Of a DNA stretch of 64,000 nucleotides, positions 12,616 to 25,055 are shown piece by piece. The stretch covers positions 30,696,767 through 30,760,766 of the forward strand of contig NC_057718.1 in NCBI RefSeq assembly GCF_004010195.1, written 5' to 3'. Below the pieces are notes generated by a model. The model did no database searches. It saw nothing but the letters and a program-made list of their open reading frames with translations, and was not told the DNA's origin. Source of the stretch: Chiloscyllium plagiosum (taxonomy: Eukaryota). A program made the translations under genes and the position numbers. Within the stretch, counting starts at the first letter, position 1, and each line of letters starts with the position of its first letter.

Positions 12616-13026
12616 ATTTGAGAAGATTTGTAGCTCAGGTTGATGATAAGTCTGTAAGTTAGCTCGCTGAGCTTGAAGGTTTGTTTTCTGACATTTCATC
12701 ACCATACTAGGTAACATCATCAGTGAGAGTCTGGTGAAGTGCTGGTGATATGCCCTGCCTCTCTATTTATAGGTCCTGGTTTCTTAAGGGGTGTGATGTC
12801 ATTTCCAGTTCTTTTTCAAGGGAAGGTAGATAGGATCTAAGTTGATGTGTTCATTGATGGAGTTCTGGTTAGAATGCCATACCTTGAAGAATTCTTGTGC
12901 GTGTCTTTGATTCGCCTGTCCTAGGATGTATGTGTTGTCCCAGTCAAAGTGGTGTCCTTCTTTGTGTGTATGGAAACTAGTAAGGGTGGGTCATGAACAC
13001 CAACTGGCCACCAAAAGACATGACCC
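12616..13026 (-). mobile_element. Penelope-like element 3' fragment (family D') with terminal micro-inversion
   Basis: Homologous to 13662-14100; CpG-decayed hammerhead on the minus strand (CUGAUGA-u-guuacc..ggugau-GAAAU-GUC). Confidence 0.8.
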
Positions 13027-13660
13027 AGTACAGATCCCTGTGGAACACCACTAGTCATGGATCTCCAGCCAGAAAAACATTCCCTTCTGCCTTCCTAAGG
13101 CAAGCAAATTCTGAATCCATGCGGCCACATCACCATGGATCCCATGCATCTTCTGGATGAGCCTACCATGAGGGAACTTGTCGAAGGCCTTACAAAAATC
13201 CATGTAGCCAACATCCACTATTTTACCCTCATCGATCACCTTTATCACCACCTCAAAAAAATCAAATTAGTAAGACATGACCTGCCCTGCACAAAGCCAT
13301 CCTGACTGTGCTTAATTAGGCCATACTTTTCTACATGTATGTAAATTCCATCCCTAAAAATTCTTTCCATTGGTTCCCAATCACTGATGTGAGACTTATT
13401 AGTCTATAAGTTTCCTGCATTATCCCTATTTCCCTTCTTGAACGGAGGAACAACAATAGCTACACACCGGTCTTCCAGGATCTAATGGATCCAGTGGCTA
13501 GTGGGGTTACAAAGATATTGGTCAAGACTTCAGTAATCTCCTCTCTTGCCTTTCTCAATAACCTGGTGTAGGTATCATCGGGCCCTGGGAGCTTATCCAT
13601 CTTAAAGCTCTTCAAGAAACCCAACACTCCTTCTCTGTTGATTTTAAAAATGCCCTAGCA
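13027..13660 (-). mobile_element. CR1 LINE ORF2 RT-region fragment
   Basis: VIKVIDEGKIVDVGYMDFCKAFDKFPHGRLIQK, the RT motif (Y/L)DF.KAFD. Confidence 0.85.
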
Positions 13661-13661
13661 T

Positions 13662-14495
13662 TACAAGTTTTGAGAAGATTTGTAGTTCAGGTTGAGGTTT
13701 TAGATGTAGGTTTGCTCGCTGAGCTGCAAGGTTCATTTCCAGACATTTTGTTACCCTACTAGGTAACATCTTCAGTGGGCCTCATGCGAAGCAATGCTGA
13801 AAATTCCTGCTTTCTATTTGTATGTTTGGAGTTCTTTGGGTTGACGTCATTTCCTGTGGTGATGCCATTTCCTGTGGTGAAGTCACTTCTTGTTCCTTTT
13901 CTCAGGGGGTGGTAGATGGGCTCTAACTCGGTGTGTTTGTTGATAGAGTTCTGGTTGGAATGCCATGCTTCTAGGAATTCTCATGCGTGTCTTTGTTTGG
14001 CTTGTCCTAGGATGGATGTGTTGTCCCAGTCGAAGTGGTGTCCTTCCTCATCCATATGTGAGGATACTAGTGAGAGAGGGTCTTTTTGTGGCTAGTTGGT
14101 GTTCATGTAACCTGGTGGCTAGTTTTCTGCCTGTTTGTCCAATGTAGTGTTTGTTACAGTCCTTACATGGTATTTTGTAAATTACATTAGTTTTGCTCAT
14201 TGTCAGTATCGGGTCTTTCAAGTTCATTAGCTGCTGTTTTAGCGTGTTGGTGGGTTTGTGGGCTACCATGATGCCAATGGGTCTGAGTAGTCTGGCAGTA
14301 ATTTCCAAGATGTCTTTGATGTAGGGGAGAGTGGCTGGGATTTCTGGATGTGTTTTGCCTGCTTGTTTGGGTTTGTTGCTGAGAAATCGGTGGACTGTGC
14401 TCATTATTCTTTTTGAATACACAGTATAGGTCATTTTCCTCTGCTCTGCGTAGTTCCTCTATGCTGCAGTTTGGCAGTGTTCGCGGGTGGCACTT
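13662..14495 (-). mobile_element. Penelope-like element, 3' portion with GIY-YIG endonuclease
   Basis: ORF 14048-14434 LPYIK..ARLLRP..VAHKPTNTL..KDP..NVIYKIPCKDCNKHYIGQTGRKLATRLHEH; decayed hammerhead near 13740-13777. Confidence 0.92.
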
Positions 14496-17400
14496 TGTCG
14501 GAGGCATTCGTTTCCCATTTTCGGGCCAGTTTTAGCGTATTGCTACAACAGACTCCGTAAATACAATTGGGAACTTTTGCATCATTATTTCAATGAGCCA
14601 ACACACACAATTTAGTATCTAGTTAGTTTTCTATTCCTGTCACACTGACTTTATGTAGTCATTAGTACCCTCATATTTGATTCTTTAATGGACATCTTCA
14701 AAAATAAATTCACCAATCGTTGGCTATTCAGCTCAGGACAGTAGAAAGTGTGTGTGTTCACTTCAGTTAAATGATAGTATTTATTCCTTCACTCAAACAA
14801 GGGAAACTATTAAGCCATTGGTCAATCGATTAACTGTTGCTGTTAAGAGTGTTAAGCTAACCAAGTCATGTGGCTGAATAAATAAGGCCAAACCACCCCA
14901 ACACATGTTAATTCAGAATTTAAGAAATATGAAGTGACACCTATAAACTTAACAGAAAATGTCAAATCCTAGTTGCAAAATTTTAATGCACCAATGCATG
15001 ATAGCCGGCACTTAATACCTTGCAATAGCATTGTTGGAAATTTAAAAGTCGTCTTCAGGCTGTTGCCAGTCCTACCAAATCTGTGTGATCTTTATTTGCT
15101 TGTTTACTCTAGCTCCTCCTGATTGTGCAGTTGTCTCTTAAAATTGCATTATGATGAGGCATAGCAATACAGTATGACATTTTATTTTTATCAGCAGGAT
15201 GTTCGAAAGGGAATTCTCACTAAACTTTATATTTCTGTATTTTTCACCATTTTCTTCTTTTCTCGTGAAAATACTGAATTGTCATGAGATATGAATCTAC
15301 AAATGCTAACAGCCCTCCATTATCTCACCTGAGTGGCCATTCTTTCAGTACAAGTTTCAAGACACCTGCTAGAATCTTACTTGGTTCTGAGTGATGTATG
15401 ATCCAGTGAGACATGCAGCAGAATGAGGGGTCAGTGTTGATGTTGAGATCATCTCACTCCATCTTTTATGCTTTTCAGAAGTAGAGTGATGAGATTCTTA
15501 TTAGATAATGATGTCAATTGACAGGGATTAGTGCTTGTTAAATACCTTATTAAGACCAAAACTCACCTCATTAATATTAACCCTCCTGTCTTACCAAACT
15601 TGCCAAGTAAGCTACATCTTAGGAAACCTTGAAAAGGAAACCAGAACATGTATCAGGCAGACTCAGCTCACCACTTGCTCCAAATGACCTCAAATTTGGA
15701 CACTGGGCAGCAACAGCTCAGGGCATAATCCATGGGCACCAATCTATGGACGGTGTCATCAGGCTCTTGCCAACCATCACCACCATTGTGGCACATTCCC
15801 AATATGCTGGCAAGCTACTCATGAGGCACAGGTGAGTATAGCAGGGTATAGCAGCAATTAGCATTGAGAAGGCTGTAGGAGGAACACTTTGTGGGCACAG
15901 ACAGGAACCTAACCTATAGAATGGACCAAGCTACATCTCAGGTTCCTTTCTTTGTTCTCTTAGCACTGGTTCTTTTTATACCTACCTGCATCTCACCATC
16001 CATGCTGTGCCATGTTTGTGAGTGTATTAGTGCTTTAGCTAAAGCCTGAGGCTGTCATGATTGCTAATCTGAGGTGCGCTTTAGTACAGATACACAGAAA
16101 AACTGCTTGCACCTTTGTCAGTATTGGAATTTCTTTGTGGGGTGACATCTTGCTGGGTGGCACACCAAGATGCCAATCTAACACCTGCAACATGTGCCAG
16201 CTGCCTGTGCAGTAAACAAACCATACGTGCATTCAAACAAAATTATATTATCAGAAACTGGATGGACCTAGTTCTCAGTCAATGGTGCAGTCTACACACT
16301 GTCCATTGGCTCCATCATGGCCAGTTATTCGTTTGGGATGCTCAAGGTCTGGGGATCTGACCCAGTACAGTCTGGGAGTGTTCAGCAATGACTCCTGTAT
16401 AGCCAGCACAAGTAGTCAAGGTAATCACATTCCTTTAGTCAGGGCATTGTGAAGAGTCAAGGGTTTGCTGAGTCATGTCTCATTGGTGTCCTGGGTGTCT
16501 ATCCATTGGTATTCATGAAGGATTTTGTTCGAGGGGGAGTTTGGGACAGTGGGGGATCAATGATAGAAGGGATGAAAGAATGAAGTAAGGTGAGAAGCAG
16601 CAGAGGCAGCTATACTTGTGGGCTTATGGATGATGATAGTGAGACTCCCAAGCCAAATAGGGGGAATTTGGAACTCTTTGGATGGCATGGTAGCAAAAGA
16701 AGGAAATGTTTTTGACTGTGACCAACACCATTACCTGCACCTGAGGAGCGTTAAGGAGGAGGGTGAGCATCAGCAGGGTGTAATGCTGGGGTTCGTGGGG
16801 CAGGGAGGATGGTTGTACACAAAGTTCAATGTGTTAGGTCTCCACTTTAATGGGATTGGAAATGGTCTGTCGCGGTAGTGCAACGTAATAAGGGACATGA
16901 AGTTTCTGAGGTTACCTGTCAACCAGACAGGTCCTGTCCAGCACAATCTGCATTGCCAGCATCATGTTCATTCTCCAGAGGCAAAACACTACTAGAAAAT
17001 AGCTGGAATAGTGCCTAGGGTGAGTAGAGTTATGTCAGTTTGATGCCTGAAAGCATTGATCCAGGTCAGCTGGTGCCAGTACATTGTAACGACTCAAACA
17101 TGAAGATGCGGTTTGCTACATTGTAGCTACATTGAATTTGCAATCATTTCATTATCCATTATATATGCATTCAGAGTCAAATGGTGTTCAAAAGTGATAA
17201 CATAGATGCAACTGGTATTTGCAAATTACTGGGCATATCAGTAATATCAAATTTATCAGCAATAATGGTTTAAAAAAAAAGCCATCATTTGACTGAAGGT
17301 AAAACATTATTATTGTGACTATCAAGGAGCCTGTGTGAACCACATAAGTTCAAGTCCTCTGTCAAATGAAGGGACAAAGTGTGTGTATGTTAGATGCAGT

Positions 17401-17719
17401 ATGAGGTTCAGCAACCACTGTGGGTGTAGGTTTGAGTGGTGGTGTGACATATGATGGTCACTCAGTTGCATTGGGCACCTTCAGCAGGTTGCTGCACATG
17501 CTGAGGCAGTCAGTGCAGACATGTTTCCTGTTATTCATGTCCAACACGTCTCACTATGTAGTAATGTATGGTCTACCTTAATCAGACAGGGTTTACCACT
17601 GCTATGTGTTCTGAGATTTAAGAAACTTTTTACACTCCTTCTGTGCCTAAATGCCACAGTGGGATGTTACTCGCTGTGGCTGTCTATCTGCAGGCGGACC
17701 AGGACTAATGGCACACCCA

Positions 17720-17849
17720 TTCCTGATGAAGGGCATTTGCCCAAAACATCGATTTTCCTACTCCTCAGATACTGCCTGACCTGCTGTGCTTTTCCAGCAC
17801 CACTCTAATTTAGACTCCAATCTCCAGCATTTGCAGTCTTCACTTTTGC
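17720..17849 (+). mobile_element. PLE 3' terminal mini-insertion (family B)
   Basis: TSD ctaatggcacaccca (17705-17719/17850-17864); starts at a CpG-decayed hammerhead CTGATGA-a-gggc attt gccc-aaaac-atc. Confidence 0.85.
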
Positions 17850-17879
17850 CTAATGGCACACCCAGCTCAGGGAGAAATC

Positions 17880-18650
17880 ACAGCCACGTGGTCTCTCAGA
17901 TTGTATGAGATTCACAGAAGTGCCATGACACATACATGCTTGACCTTCTCGTGCAGCTGGTGCATGTGAGGGTTAGGGGCCTTACCTGGCTAGTTACTGG
18001 GAGATAAGGGCTGCCCACTGCAATCTTGGCAGATTAAACCATCTTCTAACCCCCTGACAGCTGCTGCGCACAGATGTAATGCTGCCTATGCCTGAACAAG
18101 GTTCTTGGTGGAGCAACATATATGGCTGCTGAAGATGAATTTCCACTGCTTGGACCAATCTGTGGTCCTTGAAACATAATGAGGACAGAGTGTGCTGCAT
18201 CATCCTGGCATGCTGTGTGCAATTAGAGTCAATGAGAAAGACAACACGGAAACAGACCCTTTGGTCCAATCATCCACGCCAACCAAATATCCAAAATTAA
18301 TCTCGTCCTATTTGCCAGCATTTGGCCCATATCACTCTAAATCTTTCATATTTCTATGCCCACACAGATGTCTTTTAAATGTTGTTGTTGTACCAGCCTC
18401 CACCACTTCCTCAGGCAGCTCATTCCATACATGCACCACCCTCTGCATGAAAAAGTTACCCCATTGGAGCAGGCAATGAGGTGATGATCTAGATGCTGAG
18501 GAATTGGGGAACGGGAGCAGTCTGCTGAGGAGGAGGAGGAGGAGGACATTGACGTCGAGGAAGCAGATGTGACCGGCACAACAGGTTAGACAGGACCATA
18601 ATGAATGCCCGATACAATAGAAGAGAGCTGGGCGTTGCAATTGTTGACTG
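17880..18650 (+). pseudogene. PIF/Harbinger (HARBI1-like DDE) transposase fossil, C-terminal half, split by CR1
   Basis: From 17988: G*LLGDKGCPLQSWQIKPSSNPLTAAAHRCNAAYA*TRFLVEQHIWLLKMNFHCLD, then after a frameshift RVCCIILACCV; acidic (GAG)n tail follows the CR1. Confidence 0.8.
18224..18462 (-). mobile_element. CR1/HER1 LINE 3' end
   Basis: GNFFMQRVVHVWNELPEEVVEAGT..FKRHL motif plus 3'UTR. Confidence 0.9.
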
Positions 18651-19928
18651 ATATATTTTGGTCATGCTTCCTAAGTCTGGTTGGCATTTTAGGGGTGACT
18701 GTCAATCACTGCTAGCTCTGTTTTGGTCTTTTTTGCATTCTGTAAATAGAAGCTCATTATTGTGTTTGTATTTGTCGGATTGCTTGCCTGTATGTGTTCT
18801 TCCCTGACTGAATAATGTGGACGTATAGTGGGAAATGGGGACAAGTTGGTGCTGACATAGAGGGTGTTTAGACAAAATGTAACTAGGGAGAGGTAAAGTG
18901 TGTGGCCTGGTGGTTAAGCAATGACTGGGGTGAGAGAATGGGTTGCATGTGCGAGTGTTAACCATTCAGCCTATGTGCTGGGTACAGAATGGCTTACTGG
19001 CTGCTGTGTCATGACTTTGCAAGAGAGGGGCAACACCAAATACCAACACTTGGGAAGGTGCCTTGTGGCAGAAAATCCTGTTCAGAAAAAAAAATCAACT
19101 TTGATTTAGCCAAAGAAAAAAGATTTAGCCCTAAATGTTTAATGTTAATCCTGAAACCATGAACATCACTCAACTCAGTGATCACAATAAGGGTTGTTAG
19201 ATTTGACCAATTTATTTTTTGTGCTTCACTCTTTTACTTTCCAAAGTCAATAGACAAAAGTAATAAGTCAGAATTCTCAGAATGTATTCTGGTACTTATC
19301 AAATAGTGCACAAACCTTGAGTGTCCTTTGATTACAATCACGTACTGCCTATCTGAGGAATAAGACTAGGTGTGATTTGAGATTGAGCTGCTGGGAGTCT
19401 ATATTTTACATCCAGAAATACTGACATTCCATTACTTCATAAGAGCTGGCAATTTACAGCCAGGATTAGAATTTAATTTTTTTTCAAAAATACTTAAGTT
19501 AATGCGGCAAGTTCAATGCAGTAAAACTGTACGGAACTGAGGTTATGTTGTATGACATGACTGCTGGGAAGTGGAATCAGTTCTGCAGGCTACCAGTTAA
19601 TGTGATTATCTAAGGAGTGAATTTGATAGCACTGATAGCAACAGATTATCAAACATGCAGAGGCAATCCTTTAGGTTGTGCTATGTATTTTTATTTCCTC
19701 ATTAAGAGAGATCTGTATGGCCCAATGATTATGAAACAGTACCACCAGCCTGTAAAAGCAGGATGAATGATGAACCACTCAAACCAGAGAATTGATGGCT
19801 CCAGCTCCCTGAATGCAGCATTTATCTTGTCACCAATATAAGTCCAGGAGGCTAAGTAAATGCGGACACATTGAGCCAACTCCCACTGGCAAATACACCC
19901 ACCATCTGTGGTACTGCCACTGGAAGAC

Positions 19929-20650
19929 CATAGAAACATACAGCGCAGTACAGGCCCTTTGGCCCTCGATGTTGCGCCAATCCAAGCCCACCTAACCTAC
20001 ACTAGCCCACTGTCCTCCATATGCCTATCCAATGCCTGTTTAAATGCCCATAAAGAGGGAGAATCCAACACTGCTACTGGCAGGGCATTCCATGAACTCA
20101 CGACTCGCTGAGTAAAGAATCTACCCCTAACATCTGTCCTATACCTACCACCCCTTAATTTAAAGCTGTGCCCCCTCGTAATAGCTGACTCCATACGTGG
20201 AAAAAGGTTCTCATGTTCAACCCTATCTAAACCCCTAATCATCTTGTACACCTCTATCAAGTCACCCCTAAACCTTCTTTTCTCCAATGAAAACAGCCCC
20301 AAGTGCCTCAGCCTTTCCTCAAACGATCTTCCTACCATACCAGGCAACATCCTGGTAAACCTCCTCTGCACCCGTTCCAGTGCCTCCACATCCTTCCTAT
20401 AGTATGGCGACCAAAACTGCACACAATACTCCAGATGCGGCCGCACCAGAGTCTTATACAACTGCAACATGACCTCAGGGCTCCGGAACTCAATTCCTCC
20501 ACCAATAAAAGCCAGTACGCCATATGCCTTCTTCACCGCACAATTTACCTGGGTGGCAACTTTCAGAGATCTGTGTACATGGACACCAAGATCCCTCTGC
20601 TCATCCACACTACCAAGTATCCGACCATTAGCCCAGTACCCCGTCTTCTG
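19929..20650 (-). mobile_element. 5'-truncated CR1 LINE with an uninterrupted 203-codon ORF2 C-terminus
   Basis: ORF 19997-20608 (RDLGVHVH..LYKTLVRPHLEYCVQFWSP..FFTQRVVSSWNALP); 3'UTR differs from the other CR1 copies. Confidence 0.95.
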
Positions 20651-21216
20651 ATTCTGCGATCACCGAAATGGCCGTGCCGTTATCAACCTCCATTAGAACC
20701 AGGTGGCCATTTAACCAGATGGTTATTTTGATTGGTTCTGATTTGGATGTTGCTAAGCAATTTAACTGTTCCTAACCTGATGTAGGTGGGCTTTCTAGGG
20801 TGTGCACACTCCTGGATACAGGCCTATGAGTTCTCCTATTCAAGTCAGGCCTCATAGGATTCTTTTGCTGTCTCAAGTCCACATACTGGCAGCAACTATA
20901 ATTGCTTGCTGGCCCAGATCCTGAAGAAAATTTTAATTGTTTGGCCGAGGCTTGGCTTTGTTCAAGGGTTTCGCTGTGGGCTGACCGAGAGTCTCTCTGC
21001 TCAGGATATGTCCTGAGTGAGGCTATGCAATTGCCTTCACTGAAGTGGTCTTCCCCAAACACAGTCAGACTGGTGAAGGTGTCCACTTCCATCAGAATAC
21101 CCTGCAACTCATATGCTCCACTTGCCACTGTTTTCAATGATATAGCCAGTAGTAGTGCCTGTTTGAAATCCAATTGGGCTTAATTAATAGGCTCTTTTGC
21201 ATGGATGCCATCTCCA

Positions 21217-21442
21217 AGATTAGATTAGATTACTTACAGTGTGGAAACAGGCCCTTCGGCCCAACAAGACCACACCAACCCGCGACCTGCACATCTTTGG
21301 ACTGTGGGAGGAAACCGGAGCACCCGGAGGAAACCCACGCAGACACGGGGAGAATGTGCAAACTCCACACAATCAGTCGTCTGAGTCGGGAATTGAACCC
21401 GGGTCTCTGGCGCTGTGAGGCAGCAGTGCCACCATGCAGCCC
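21217..21442 (-). mobile_element. HE1-type SINE with internal deletion
   Basis: (agatt)n tail, V-domain and tRNA head on the minus strand. Confidence 0.88.
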
Positions 21443-21464
21443 ACAAAGATGTGCTGCAGCAATT

Positions 21465-21670
21465 GCCAAGGCTTCTTATACAGCACCTTCCAAACCTGTG
21501 GCATCTGACATGTGGAAGAATAAGTACAAGAGATGCATACATCCACTACATGGAAATGTATTATCAATATAATTTCTGAACTGAAATCCTGGAACTCCTT
21601 ACAGAACAGTACTCGGTATGTATCTACACCACTCTGATTGCCACTGAAATAACTGCACAAAGGCCAGTAT
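21465..21670 (+). mobile_element. Decayed 3' fragment of the LINE family seen at 53858-54945
   Basis: cagcaccttccaaacc and aaatcctggaactcc match the reverse complement of that element. Confidence 0.55.
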
Positions 21671-22074
21671 CCCATCACCCAGGTCACCCTTTACTTACAC
21701 ATGGAGAGTCATTGACACTGATCCAGGTCCCTCTGAACCAGCTCTCAGAGTGAACAGGATAGCGAACACTCCTGTTTTCTTTCCTTTTTCCCATCCCAGT
21801 AGTGAGGCGATCCTGTTTTTTTTTGGTCCTGTTATTTCCAAAATCAGGAGAGTCTGAATCTCCTGTTTAATTTTTTCCACCTTGCACTACCACTGCACAG
21901 CAGTGGTGCTTATATTTTCCCATAGCACCTGTGTCGTGGGTGTAAGTGCAGTGTCTCAATGAAGGCATCATTGTGCAAAAGATTTTTATTCAATATTTCC
22001 ACCATTAGGAAGGCATTCCTGTTCTTCTTTGTTTGCCAGGGCTCCTTGCCAGGATCAAGCTCTTAGATAGCATT

Positions 22075-22131
22075 CTAGATTAGAGTGGTGCTGGAAAAGC
22101 ACAGCAGGTCAGGCAGCATCTGAGGAGCAGG
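22075..22131 (-). mobile_element. PLE family B fragment followed by low-complexity filler
   Basis: ctagattagagtggtgctggaaaagcacagcaggtcaggcagcatc; flanked by ttagatag(c/t)att repeats. Confidence 0.7.
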
Positions 22132-22506
22132 GTTATTATTATATTATTAGATTATTAGATAGTATTATTTGGTTAGAGTGACACTATGGTGAATGGCCTT
22201 TCACTTGTTCGACGTTTTGAAGAGATATTGTTACGATGCATCAAGAATTCTGACTTTTATAAGTAAATAAATATGCAGGTAATAACAAAATTAGCTCTTT
22301 TCTTGACACACAGCCAGCAATAAGACATTCCTTTAAAATGCAAGATTCATAGGTCAGTGGAGAAAAAACAGATGTATTTTGACTGCATATTTGGACGACT
22401 TTCCCCAGCTTTTGGAAAAGTATTTTTTATATCTGAGAGATCCATGAAGGCAGTCTGCCATGCCCCTTGTCAACTTTTCTTTTCTTTTTGCCTCATTAAT
22501 TATGCA

Positions 22507-22643
22507 CTGAAAAATGTGTTGCTGGAAAAGCTTATGCCCGAAACGTCGATTTTCCTGCTCCTTGGATGCTGCCTGACCTGCTGCGCTTTTCCAGCAACAC
22601 ATTTTTCAGCTCTGATCTCCAGCATCTGCAAACCTCACTTTCT
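22507..22643. mobile_element. PLE-derived foldback mini-element (family A), short left arm
   Basis: TSD cctcattaattatgca (22491-22506/22644-22659); ~24-bp inverted arm; partial hammerhead. Confidence 0.88.
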
Positions 22644-22834
22644 CCTCATTAATTATGCAGTCAGCCTCTGGTACCCAGCTCAGACAATTGTGTAGTAAGA
22701 GTGGCAGTAGTAATTGCTGTGTCCAGACTGTGTCCATGTTCACACTGCTGGCTCCATATTTAAACTCCAGCTCCTCAGTATTTCAGATACTGGCCTTCAT
22801 ATGCTGCTTCTGCACTACCCTAACTGAGCAAATA

Positions 22835-22950
22835 ACCCAGAAAGGGAAGCTGTCAGTTTGTTTCACATTCAGGGACTTGGAAGTGTTGGTGAATGGGCCG
22901 GTCAAACAAAGGGCAGTGCTTTTCCCTCCAGACGACCAAGCGAGGGCAAA
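22835..22950 (+). pseudogene. Possible Harbinger Myb/SANT-like ORF remnant
   Basis: CFTFRDLEVLVNGPVKQRAVLFPPD resembles the remnant at 48913 (NFTDTSLKVLL*AVRE*GDTFCP). Confidence 0.4.
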
Positions 22951-23865
22951 GATCAGCAGCCCACTGGGGGACTTTAGACTGCTCATTGCATGTGAGGAGA
23001 GAATATTAGTGTTGGCTGGAGAAGGTGGTGATAATTCATGTGAGAGCACTGAGACCGCCTTGGGCAATTGGCCAATTGAGCTTCATTAGGTTGTGTTGCA
23101 CTACTGTCCCATCACTAGTGTTAACTTACCTAGCTCATTCCTAGCATAAAAAGCTGTTAGCCTTTTCATGCAATTAATTCCTTCTCTTGGTCTTACACAC
23201 ATTCTAATGGTACCCAGCACGGCCAGCCCTTTCCTCAATATCCACTTCTGAGGGCACAGCAGGTGTTCAACCACCCAGTCCAACACACTCCGGGCGAATG
23301 GATATGTGCCCAGGCTTACACTTCATCACTATAGCCATTTGGTACTCAGCAGTATTGGAAAAACAAGCGTTAAAAGGGACCACAACCTCACTTCGGGTGA
23401 CAATTCCACTTAGGGAGACAGAGTGATGCCAGCAGACACACATAGGGAGGAGGAACCACACCAAGTATTCCTCATCTCTCTCAGTTGATCAACTCATTGA
23501 CTGCAAAACGCCTCAGACATTCAGGATCCATGAACTGCCACATTGTTGACTCCTGTAAAGGCGTTTAATGCAGACAATGCTGAGACTACAAGTATTCGGG
23601 TCAGATTTAAGGTACAAGGATGATGGTAGGACCTGCCCAGGATAGCTTATCCACATTTACCCCATCCAGTGAGTGAGAGGATGGAATCGGTGATGATTCC
23701 ACACATCTCTGCAAGCAACAGTTCAATTTATCTTTCAGCTTTTCAAGGGAGTGCATTGCTTTTCAAGGTTGGGAGGAGCCTGATAGATAGTTCACATCTC
23801 TACTCTCTCCCTCGCAGCTCAGTGGCCTGCCAAGAGAAACTGGCACAAAATGCTGTCCCCCTCAA

Positions 23866-24372
23866 AAAGATGTTGCGAAACCTGAAAGGGTTCAGAAAAG
23901 ATTTACAAGGATGTTGCCAGGGTTGGAGGATCTGAGCTACAGGGAGAGGCTGAACAGGCTGGGGCTGTTTTCCCTGGAGCGTCGGAGGCTGAGGGGTGAC
24001 CTTATAGAGGTTTACAAAATTATGAGGGGCATGGATAGGATAAATAGACAAAGTCTTTTCCCTGGGGTTGGGGAGTCCAGAACTAGAGGGCATAGGTTTA
24101 GGGTGAGAGGGGAAAAATATAAAAGAGACCTAAGGGCCAACTTTTTCATGCAGAGGGTGGTACCTGTATGGAATGAGCTGCCAGAGGATGTGGTGGAGGC
24201 TGGTACAATTGCAACATTTAAGAGGCATCTGTGTGGGTATATGAATAGGAAGGGCTTGGAGGGATATGGGCCGGGTGCTGGCAGGTGGGACTAGATTGGG
24301 TTGGGATATCTGGTCGGCGTGGACGGGTTGGACCAAAGGGTCTGTTTCCATGCTGTACATCTCTATGACTCT
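23866..24372 (+). mobile_element. CR1/HER1 LINE 3' end, young
   Basis: ORF MLPGLEDLSYRERLNRLGLFSLERRRLRGDLIEVYKIM..WNELP; tail ctctatgactct. Confidence 0.95.
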
Positions 24373-24519
24373 CAGGTTAAATATTGTTGTTCAAGCATTT
24401 CGGGATAAATTTGCAGTCTGTAAACTCTGAAACATCGTAGGACCAACCTATAGCTACTAATGCTGACAAGGTATCTTTAATAATCTGAAGTCTGTCTTAG
24501 TTGAGGTTTAAGCCTAACA

Positions 24520-25055
24520 ATAAGTACAGCTCAACAGGTAAGCCTTGCCAGAGTGTAAGGAAAGTAGGATTACTAACATTGTGCCACTTATCATGTACCA
24601 CTTTATCAAACTGGCGACAATACTTTGCCAATAATTGAGATAGGCTTTCAAGGTGAAATTATTTAAGTTGGATTTATTCTGTTCTTTGTGATCAGGACAC
24701 ACCTGAGCAATTTTGCACTTTATTGTACAGATGTCAATGTCGGAGCTGTACTGGAACAATTTGGTTTGATACACAAAAATTCTGAGATACAAGCCTTCGG
24801 CATTACAATTAGGATTTCTTAAAGGTCCATTGTTATTTTACTGTGCTGATGACAGTACATGTATCACATGCAGCAAATTGAATTAGCCGAAATCTAACTG
24901 ATAGCTAGTGGCCTGGACCTCTGGAGGTGGCTGAGCTGGATCATTCACTCAGCACTTCTGGCTGAGGATGGCAGTAAAGGCTTTAGACTTGATGCTCCAC
25001 TCAGCATACTGAACTTTGTATTATTGAGGAAGTGAATGTTCATGAAGCCTCTTCA
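24520..25055 (-). mobile_element. Decayed LINE RT N-terminal region
   Basis: KLFQYS..KIAQVCPDHKEQNKSNLNNF, resembling the WK.A.V.P.HKK..KS...NYRP motif. Confidence 0.6.

Noticed and set aside
19997..20608. 203-aa ORF as a host gene
   Set aside because: It is the C-terminus of CR1 ORF2 in a 5'-truncated copy.
20772..21173. 133-aa minus-strand ORF
   Set aside because: No recognisable domain; the length is compatible with chance.
22655..23089. 144-aa ORF as a novel gene
   Set aside because: No splice or promoter support; only a short Myb/SANT-like transposon remnant is recognisable.
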